From contig OX597825.1 in NCBI GenBank assembly GCA_951406725.2, forward strand, positions 22,134,001 to 22,198,000: a DNA stretch of 64,000 bases, in the 5' to 3' direction. The DNA is from Octopus vulgaris (taxonomy: Eukaryota). The translations under genes were made by a program, and so were the position numbers. The notes beneath the pieces were generated by a model. It was not told the origin of the DNA. It ran no database searches and worked only from the letters and a program-made list of their open reading frames with translations. Of this stretch, positions 53,997 to 64,000 are shown in pieces (position 1 is the first letter of the stretch; each line of letters starts with the position of its first letter).

Positions 53997-54400
53997 CGCA
54001 GGAGTGGCCGTGTGGTAAGTAGCTTGCTAAACAACCACATGGTTCCGGGTTCAGTCCCACTGCGTGGCACCTTGGGCAGGTGTCTTCTACTATAGCCCCG
54101 GGCTGACCAATGCCTTGTGAGTGGATTTGGTAGACGGAAACTGAAAGAAACCTGTCGTATATAAGTATATATATGTGTAAGTGTGTGTGTTTGTGTGTCT
54201 GTGTTTATCCCCCTAGCATTGCTTGACAACCGATGCTGGTGTGTTTACGTCCCCGTCACTTAGCGGTTCGGCAAAAGAGACCGATAGAATAAGTACTGGG
54301 CTTACAAAAGAATAAGTCCCGGGGTCGATTTGCTCGACTAAAGGCGGTGCTCCAGCATGGCCGCAGTCAAATGACTGAAACAAGTAAATGAGTAAATGAG
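53995..54400 (+). mobile_element. SINE family A, full length
   Basis: Begins directly after (TA)n. Confidence 0.95.
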
Positions 54401-55053
54401 ATACATACACGTATGAATACGTACATACTTACGCTGATCTTTAGCTTTATGTTAACATCCGCTGGGCAGCTGTTGTACACACTTTATCTTCTCAGTCACA
54501 AATTAGTATGTCAGATGTATGTATGTACTATGTGTGTATGTGTGTGTGTGTATGAATGTATGTATGTATGTATGTGTGTGTGTATGTATGTATGTATGTG
54601 TGTGTGTATGTATGTATGTATGTATGTATCTGTGTGTGTGTATGTATGTATGTGTTTTATACAATTTCGAAAGATGAACTTGTTAACTTCACCTCCAGAG
54701 TACAGCTGCCAAATATTTTGTAACTCAAGCAGAGAACACGGTATACACGTCCTTCACATGCAAGGAAAAGTAGATGTGATATAAATAAAGTTATATCCAC
54801 ACAGACGTATACAAACACACTCTCACACACATATACACTCGTAAACATACGAACAATCATGCACACACATACATACATACACAGATACACACACATGATG
54901 TATTAGGAAAGATCCAACTCGTGTCTTGTTGAAGCATATCTGCGTATTTCAATAAAACAATCCACTATATGTAGTTTTGTCTTTATGTATGAATAGATGT
55001 ATAGTTGTATATGTACGTAGATATGTATGTGTATTCGCGCGTGTGTGTATATA

Positions 55054-55085
<32 letters not shown>

Positions 55086-55092
55086 ATTGTAT

Positions 55093-55508
55093 GTGCAGGA
55101 GTGGCTGTGTGGTAAGTAGCTTGTTTCCAACCACATGGTTCCGGATTCAGTCCCACTGAGTGGTACCTTGGGCAAGTGTCTTCTACTATAGCCTCGGGCC
55201 GACCAAAGACTTGTGAGTGGATTTGGTAGACGGAAACTGAAAGAAGCCCGTCGTATATATGTATATATATGTATGCGTGTGTATGTTTATGTGTCTGTGT
55301 TTGTCCCCTTAGCATTGCTTGACAACTGATGCTGGTGTGTTTATGTCCCCGTTTCTTAACGGTTCGGCAAAAGAGACCGATAGAATAAGTACTGGGCTTA
55401 CAAAAGAATAAGTCCCGGAGTCGAGTTGCTCAATTAAAGGCGGTGCTCCAGCATGGCCGCAGTCAACTGACTGAAACAAGTAAAAGAGTAAAATAGAATA
55501 AAGAGAGT
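55093..55508 (+). mobile_element. SINE family A, full length
   Basis: Collinear with other copies. Confidence 0.95.
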
Positions 55509-55549
55509 ACCTACACTCACACGCACATATATATCTAAATCTCTTGTTT

Positions 55550-55740
55550 GTGGAGGCACCTAACTTAGTGTTTAGATTGCAGTTTCGATTCGTGGAGTAG
55601 TTGATGCGTTGTGTTCATGAGCAAAACACTTCATTTCACATTATTCCAGTGCCCCCAGCTGGCAGAAATGAGTAACCCTGTAACTGACCGGTGTCCAGTG
55701 CAGGTGAAGAATATATTCATGGAGACCGGAAAACGCCTAC
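55550..55740 (+). mobile_element. Decayed CORE-like SINE (family F)
   Basis: gtttcgattc, tgtgttcatgagcaaaacacttcatttcac, cagctggcagaaatgagtaaccctg. Confidence 0.65.
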
Positions 55741-56727
55741 TTTATGTATCGGTTTGATTTGAGAAGATAGCTTTATGTCTTGCCTTTAAATCTCTCTTCC
55801 TTTATCTTTACTTCTTGGTTTGCACTTTATGGTTTCTCACGGCTATACGACACCTTATTTCCCTCTGTATATAAATGCTTCTTCTAAATTTAACGTTCTT
55901 TTTTATTATTTAATTTTCTTGTCTGAAGAATTTCCTTATAGGAAAACTTGTATGTATACGTACAACTCCGTGATTCCTACTAACAAATCCAAGTATTATT
56001 TTCTTGCTTGAAAAAGACAGATAAGCCCTCATGCCGGGAACGGAAAATGGAAATTGTCGTACCATTTCAAGCACCAAAATTATTTAAACGGCTTTTTGCA
56101 GAAATTAACTCGGGTTTAATTTATAAGTCTTTTCAAGGATATGAATGCAATAGACTGACGTAATTTTTCTATAATTACACATTCATATACGAGGCTATAA
56201 TCATGCAAGGTTCATACCCAGGTGATGGAAGGCAGCGTTTAGTTCAGCTGGGATTTTAACTGAAAGGGAACAAAAATACATAAATGACTTTAACATTGAC
56301 AGAATGCTAGAAATTGAAGGCGGATGGATGGAATTTTACTATACAGAACTGGCACTTGTTACTACACTTGTTAATGGTATATTATTATTCAACTTGGAAA
56401 GTTGACATGAAAAGTTGACCTCGGAGGAATTTGAACAGAGAATCCTAAGAAATTCTGCCAAGCAATTAACCCGATACTCTAATGATTTTAAGTCACCATT
56501 TCCCCGATCACATACTACACTGCAATCACTTTTCACGTCAAATGCTACCAGATTAATAGAAATATATTTTGCGTGTATACTGTTGTATTTAACTACAGGC
56601 CAGTGAATTCTCTTTGCTGAGAGAGACATATCTTATAACTGTGAATGAGTGTGTGTCTCTGTGTAACTGTGTGTATGTGGGCGTTTGTATGTGTGTATAT
56701 GTATGGTTGTGTGTATATGAGTGTGTG

Positions 56728-56758
<31 letters not shown>

Positions 56759-57682
56759 TCGAATGTCTTTCTGAATTGGATTTCAAATAATATAAATAAA
56801 CTGCAATGTACATTAATTCAACAGGAAATCGAAATATTTTCACCAGAAGAAACCTGGACACCGAAGCAGTAGTACTCAACATACGCTACTGTCTTCATCT
56901 ACTGAACCGCGGAAGAGGCAGGTATTTGGATGTTAGCTCACGGATTTTCGTAATACTTCGCCATTCTTATCATAATATTATGGCAAAGCATTCTAAATTT
57001 AGAGTATTAAGTAAAACTTTACACCATTATATTTAATATCTACCTTCTTGCTTGGTGAACATATCGATAATTCTATTTTCTCATATTCTATTTTCCTACG
57101 CATTTCCGAATGGACATTAAATCCTTTAGATTTACTGTCTTTAAAGCTAGGAGTTTGAAGGTGATATACACTAAACATTATATTTGTCAGCTTAAATTCA
57201 TGTGCTGCCTCGAGGGAAATACTTCATGATGCGGACCATTTATCCTGATTTACTATTATTGGGGAAATACTTTAATAATACTCTCTTCACTGATTCAAGA
57301 AAGCTTTATTTTCTGAAATGTTATGTAACTTAGGATTCTAAAATTGACTGATGCCAGTAGTTTTATTAATAACACTAAGGAAATGAATAAATATATTATA
57401 AAATCACTTATCAGCTGAAACGTATTGGAAGTATTTGAATTATTATATTAGGAATTAGGAGAAGGAGACTACTCTTAAAATATCGTTCTTAAAATATCGT
57501 GTCCACCTCTGCACAAGCATAGTAAGTTTCCGGAATCAATTCCTAGTGGAAGCTATTTCATTTCCGTTAAGTTTCAAATAATTTTACGGGAAATATGAAC
57601 AGCAGGTCTTCATATCTCCTCCAATCAAAATAACTGTATGTTCTTGCGCCTGCTTCAACGAAAGGAATGTTTTAGAAAAGTA

Positions 57683-58000
57683 CTAGCACTATGACCCGAC
57701 AACACCGGGCCATAGTGCTAGTGCATGCATATACAGCTGCGTTCGTGCGCACATACACGCGAGCACTGTCCAAATCTCCGACCACTCACATACAGCTAGC
57801 TGGCATTCAATTGGCGTATCAAGTTTCGGGCATTTTGATTGGGTTTTGGATAAAAAATTCACAAAAATGTCACTTCTATTGATTTCTTAATGGCTTTGCA
57901 GGGTGTCTGGGGAAATGTAAAGATGTGCACAACCACCCTTGGACGGTTTTAAATGACCATAGAAAGTGTGAGCCCTCTAGCTGAAAAATTGTGGATTTGC
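57683..58000 (-). mobile_element. Helitron-like non-autonomous element
   Basis: Minus 3' end cccggtgttgtcgggtcatagtgCTAG|T inside the palindrome actagcactatg...catagtgctagt; 5' end lost in (TA)n. Confidence 0.6.
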
Positions 58001-58319
58001 ATATATATATATATATCTGTATATATATATAGTTATTTATTTATTCATTTAAATATATATTGTCAGCAGTGAAGCTCAAGAGATTCTCGTATAGAAAACA
58101 CGTTGTAGCTCTTAGATAATTCAACCTGAGAACGCGATATCTTTCGAGAAACCAATTCCAGGTCGTTGAACTTCCAACACCTTACTTTCTTCTCTTTAAT
58201 TTTTTCTGGCGTTTGCATTCTGCGCAAGTTTGCTTTGTTAATATATAAATATCTATATGTTCATGCTTAAATATTCATCGTATGAATATATCTTTGCTTT
58301 CTTTAGAGTTATGCATACA

Positions 58320-58530
<211 letters not shown>

Positions 58531-58769
58531 ACAACATTTAGAGGGTTTGGTTTTTTGCTGAACTTTTTTCTTGAGAATACATTCTCCGTAGAAAATGGCA
58601 ATTTTGACGTCTATATTTAGTATACACGCTGTCCACTCTTAGGGGTCAATCCTCTAAATTTTGTATGTAAAAAAATGTTTAATCTTCGGATTTTTTAAAT
58701 ATGCTAGGCCACTGGTTTTAATTGACTAATATTAATTTCTACCCTTACTTAATTTTATATATATATAGT

Positions 58770-58827
<58 letters not shown>

Positions 58828-59730
58828 GATATGTATGAAACCCAAGGCTTTATATTTAGTTTGTTTATCCGCATAGTTCTCATTCTCACTCGCTGTATAT
58901 ATGTGTATATATAATTGTGTGTATGTATGCATGTATGTGTGTGTTTGTACGCCTGTTTGTGTATGTGTGCGGTTATGTTCTTTCTTCGACACAAAGTAAT
59001 ATCCGCACGATCATTGTTCTACAAACGGTATATGAAAACAGCGTTGTGACGAGAACTGCTGTACGGAATATTATTATATCTATACTGCGCTTCACAAGTG
59101 TGTTTTCACCTTGCATTAAATCGTCTCACATAGTACCAGATAATAACTTAAACATGTATTATAGAAAGAAACCAAATTTTCCGACTATATCATAAAACGT
59201 GGCAGCTGTCTTCCATAATAAGTATTTCGCAGTGTTCGATAAATATTATTACTATGAATATATTCTGATGATGTAATTAGCTAACATGAGCCTCAAGCAT
59301 TCAGCTAAATATCAAAAGGAAGAAAGGACGGGAGAAATTAATTATAAACTGAAAGCTTGTATATATTTCGTTCTTCCAAATGTCTTTCAGTACAGAAGGC
59401 CTTTGAGGAAGATTGTTTCCCAATTGTTAATGTGATTTAGTGTAATATTTTGGCTTGGGTTACCGATCACCTATTATATTATTCTTTTTAAAGAGTTAAA
59501 GAGTTTTAAAGAGTTGCATTGTCTTATATTATCTATTAACCTTCTCTTCCTTAATCCCGTATACTATACTATATTCCATAAACTATATTCCATAAACTAT
59601 ATTCCATAAACTATACTATATTAGGTGTCATAGCTCTAATAGACTGATTTAGGTTATACATATATAACATACATAATGTACATCTATAAACTTTTATATG
59701 TACATATGTGCATTCCTGAAAAAATATATA

Positions 59731-60143
59731 CTCTCTTTTACTCTTTTACTCTTTTACATGTTTCAGTCATTTGACTGCGGCCATGCTGGAGCACCGCCTT
59801 TAGTCGAGCAACTCGACCACAAGACTTATTCTTTGTAAGCCCAGTCCTTATTCTATCGGGCTCTTTTGCCGAACCGCTAGGTGACGGGGACGTAAACACA
59901 CCAGCATCGGTTGTCAAGCAATGCTAGGGGTACAAACACAGACACACAAACACATACATACACATATATATACATATATACGACAGGCTTCTTTCAGTTT
60001 CCGTCTACCAAATCCACTCACAAGGCATTGGCCGGCCCGGGGCTATAGCAGAAGACACTTGCCCAAGATGCCACGCAGTGGGACTGAACCCGGAACCATG
60101 TGGTTGGTTAGCAAGCTACTTACCACACAGCCACTCCTGCGCC
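59731..60143 (-). mobile_element. SINE family A, full length
   Basis: (ctctttta)n tail to cctgcgcc head. Confidence 0.95.
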
Positions 60144-60165
60144 TATATATATATATATATATATA

Positions 60166-60500
60166 CGGAGAGGTGTTTGCAGAGCAAGTGACTTGATCTG
60201 AGATCGTGTGCTGGAACGAAAACAATTGCAGTGTGGAAGGTGTTTATAAGCCATTTAAGAAACACAAAAACCGTTAGATTCACTTCAATATTTAAATTCA
60301 ATTTGTCAAAATATTTTCGTCCATTTGAGATGGAGACCTGTTCACTGACAAACATTCCGTGCTGCATCTCGGAATTTTGTCAGTGAACAGGTCTCAAAGC
60401 GACGAAAATAGATAAATTAAATTTAAATGTTGAAGTGAATCTAACGGTTTTCTGTGTGTTTCTTAACTGGCTTATAAATCCATTTCACATTGCAATTGTT
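60166..60500. mobile_element. Repeat family P as an inverted pair flanked by (TA)n
   Basis: Long minus arm 60166-60358 and short plus arm 60370-60500; ttcactgacaaa..ttccg / cggaattttgtcagtgaa. Confidence 0.85.
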
Positions 60501-60511
60501 TATATGTTTAC

Positions 60512-60603
<92 letters not shown>

Positions 60604-60624
60604 GTATGTATATAGAAGCTAGTT

Positions 60625-60874
60625 GTGCAAGTGGCTGAGCACTCCACAGACAAGTGTACCCTTCACATAGTTCTGAGAGATATTCAGCGTGACACAGTGT
60701 GTGACAAGCCCGGCCCTTTGAAATACAGGTACTACTCATTTTTCCTAGCTGAGTGGACTGGGGCAACATGAAATAAAGTGTCTTGCTCATGAACATAACA
60801 CTTCGCCGGGAATCGAACTCACGACCTTGCGAACGTGAGCCGAATGCCCTAACCACTAAGCCACACGCCTTCAC
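60625..60874 (-). mobile_element. SINE family D, 3'-truncated and older
   Basis: Matches the head-side ~250 bp of 26711-27033. Confidence 0.9.
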
Positions 60875-62065
60875 CGTTATACATATACGCCCAAATACAC
60901 ACATATGCATACATAAAGTACAGTTATCAATAATGTATATACACATGTAAGTCTGTATGTGTGTCTGAGGGCTGGTTAATCGCTATATAATTGTGTGGTT
61001 GAAGTTTCATCCTTCAAAACAACGAGGCATTGGGTTGAAATGAAGCGATTTTATTTAGAAATCCATGTTTGGGGGAGTTTGCATGCAGTTTGCTTTTGGC
61101 AAGATGCATTGTGTTGTTCTTTGTTGAGTGGAAGCCGTGTAATATTCAGGATTTTTTAGACGTTGCATGCATTCGTGTGTGAGTAAACGCTCTCCGCTAC
61201 ATATAGCGCATGTTATTGTTGCGTGGACTCAATTTGCAGCAGTTAAATTTATCCATTTATTTTAAAGCTTTAACATTTTATATTTCAGTGAATCTTGCAT
61301 AAATGGAAGTCGGGGAAGCAATGTTCCGTCAGTAATTTGAAGTGTTCTCAGTGTTTGTCACAAAAGTAATAATATATGAATGTAGTTGAGAATTATTTGT
61401 AAAAATAAACGTGGGTACAATAGAGGTACATGTATTAAAGTTCACGAAAAACATGAAAAAAAAAACAACAACTTCGAAATCGGTGAGAATTACACACAAT
61501 CCTAAATTGAATGGCATCATATACTAAAGTTAGCACTTGACTTTTTTTTCCTGAAATGCTAGTTCCGTTGTAAGAGAGAGAGAGAGATGAAAAAAGAGAG
61601 AAAGAAAGCTAGTATTCGCTGTTTCAAATTATACGCTATCTGGCGTTTCTGCTGGCCACTTAAATGTTGACAATGGTACATCAAAGAAACAAGACATGAC
61701 AACATAGCGTTTATTTTTGTCTTTACGCAAACTCAGAATAAACTATGAAAGGACATTTCAGTATTTAAAGGCAAAAAATAAATGTAGGCGTATCATACAT
61801 AATACCAATAATCTTCAATTCCAAATCAACCATTAAATGTTATGTAAAGACTGTTAAAACCATGAAAGAACAAACAAAACTAGGAAGGCTCCGATATAAC
61901 ATTTAAACATGATAAATATAAATCCCGATATAGCAGTAACAGTTGAATGTATCTGTTAAACAACACTATAATGTTATATCCCACTTTTTTTAAATCACTG
62001 AAATTAACGCCATTCTTATTATATAGCATTGTTGAAGACAGAGTTGTATATGTGTGAGGACATAC

Positions 62066-62125
62066 ATATCGTAGAAAAGTTACTGCCTGTTCGTTCACCT
62101 TGCGCTGCTTCATGGGCAAAACCAT
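62066..62125 (-). CDS. Candidate 60-nt internal exon (phase 1-1 DGFAHEAAQGERTGSNFSTI, or phase 0)
   Basis: ctatcatag| acceptor, |gtatgt donor, length a multiple of 3, two open frames. Confidence 0.25.
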
Positions 62126-62289
62126 CTATGATAGATTCGAATAAACGTTAGATTTTTGGAGAAGTTGTCTAGACCCAAGCGGAAGGCAATCCCATTGATT
62201 GTCTTACATGAAGAATTCGGAGGTCTCCTGTTTTAAATATCATCAAGTACCTCTTTTCACCATTGTTACTGCAATTCACCCATTTCTAA

Positions 62290-62510
62290 GTATATTGGTT
62301 TAAAATTTTAGAACGAAACAGCGATTTCCGTAGAGCGTGTAAGTCGACTTCATCTTCCCCAATGCATAACTGGTACATATTTTATCGACCCCGAAAGAAT
62401 GAATGGCAAAATGGAAACCGGTGGTATTTGAACTCAGAAGTAATGTCGGTAGAAATGTTACTGAGCATTTTTACCGGCGCGGTAAAGATGATCCAACTCT
62501 CCGACTTTAC
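62290..62510 (-). mobile_element. Decayed SINE family B (more decayed copies near 63130-63290 +, 63330-63530 -, 63800-63990 -)
   Basis: actggtac...tttatcgaccccgaaag...tttgaactcag. Confidence 0.7.
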
Positions 62511-63576
62511 TTGTAAATATACTTAGACAAATCACCGCTCCAGAATTCTTACTCCTACCGGATTGCTCGAGGCCCTAGAAAAGTTCAGTGATGTGGACCT
62601 TTCTCTTCTGGGTAAGACCTAAAACTGTATATATTAAAACACTTGAGTATAACATTTCTATCACTAGATTTAGGGGAAGAAAAAGTGCCATCTTTGTGAT
62701 TGTTATTCACATCTCCATTATGTAGTAGCAATTTACTCCCTTATAGACTACTGATTATGACATATCATACTCCACATCGCTTACTACCATACAAAATTAT
62801 TCGTTCACAAACCTCTCTCTTTATATTCAAAACTAAATTTGCTTATGAACAAAATTAACACTCTTCTAAAATATAACGTATTTCTAAAGCTCTCGCATCG
62901 TCAAAATGTCCAAGAGAGGATTTATAGTAGATTTTATGCAACTTCACATTTAACCAATTGGCACTGATTCTATCTGTCATGAAATAATGAAATATGCAAT
63001 GTAAATATCCGGCAAAACCAAATACTGCCAGGCACCCGTCTCTATCACTATTTACACTTGAACGTTCTTATCATAAATATTATTAATACGATATTCTCAG
63101 AGCCAGTAAAATATGGCAAACACTGAAAATTATGAGGTTAGCTGGCTCAAACGTTAGCACGCCGGGCATAATCCGTTGCGACATTTTATTCGTTTCTACA
63201 CGCTGAGTTCAAATTCTACAGAAATCGTTTTGGCCTTTAATTCTTTCGGGGTGAGCACTGGTGTCGTTGTAATCGATTTATCTCCTACACGAAATGTTAA
63301 TATTTGTTACTTTTTTTGTTTAGATACAATTCTTTCTGCTTTAGGCACAGAACCTAACATATTGGAGTAGAAAAGTAGCCCATAATATCGACATCAGTGG
63401 TCGAAATCTATCGGCCCGGATGAAATGCAAAGTCGACCACGGTTTATTTTGAACTCAGAACGTAACGACTGAGAAAACTGCAGCTAAACATTTTACCGCG
63501 TGTTCTAACGGTTATACCAGCTCGCCAACTTTCTCTGTTTCTTCATAAAACATTAATATGAATGGTTACTCAATAC

Positions 63577-63700
63577 CAGTGGTTCTCAACCGATTTTTGG
63601 CCGTGCCCCACCGAATGATTTTTAAAATCCTGATGCCCCCTTGTGATATGTATTTTTTGTTATTCAAAATTTGGTTACTGTTTACAATATTACCCAGAAA
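63577..63700 (+). mobile_element. hAT (Charlie-type) transposon terminus
   Basis: CAGTGGTTCTCAACC resembles hAT-Charlie TIRs; no partner end found. Confidence 0.5.
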
Positions 63701-64000
63701 CAAAATGGAAAAAAAAATAGTGGAACGCATGTTAAGTAATCTACTTACCACACAGCCACTCCTACGCCTATATAAAAATGGTATTGTTGGGTCGAATTCC
63801 TCACCAGAAATAATGAGTCAAATTTTGGCTCAATAACAATAGTTTTAGAAGAGAGGGATCTAGTCCATTACATGCACGTTGTTACTTGACTAGTACATAT
63901 ATCATCTACTACGAGAGAATGAAATGTAATGCCCAAGCCGAGGGAATTTGAGCCCAGAGCAAAGCTGATTTTCCGACGTTCTACTACCTATATTATTTCT

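Noticed and set aside
56885-56992. Minus-strand coding exon with AG/GTATGT boundaries
   Set aside because: Stop codons in all three frames.
58060-58240. Minus open frame NKANLRRMQ...KVRCWKFND
   Set aside because: Weak splice sites; may be chance or a LINE remnant.
59569-59616. 14-bp unit repeated three times (also a 29-bp duplication near 2430-2487)
   Set aside because: Ordinary slippage duplications.

Overview
AT-rich, microsatellite-saturated eukaryotic non-coding DNA. The SINE repertoire and repeat content point to a coleoid cephalopod, most likely Octopus (inference). I found no complete protein-coding gene; almost all listed ORFs are microsatellite or SINE read-throughs. The window holds about 40 tRNA-headed SINE copies from several families with shuffled head and tail modules. 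It also holds a decayed Tc1/mariner transposase, a young 5'-truncated RTE LINE with a 9-bp TSD, an R4/Dong-type LINE 3' end, non-autonomous Helitrons, two TIR elements and a diverged 28S rRNA fragment. The most notable signals are four. (1) Several minimal type-I hammerhead-ribozyme motifs of the Penelope-like-element kind, including two facing outward in a ~350-bp near-perfect palindrome. (2) One hammerhead attached to a Pol III B-box. (3) A repeat family with hammerhead topology but a conserved non-canonical core. (4) A compact TA-flanked module with four phased CCAAT/CRE units, a TATA box, a Kozak ATG and an intron. A few weak minus-strand exon candidates may belong to host genes. Coordinates and alignments were read by eye.
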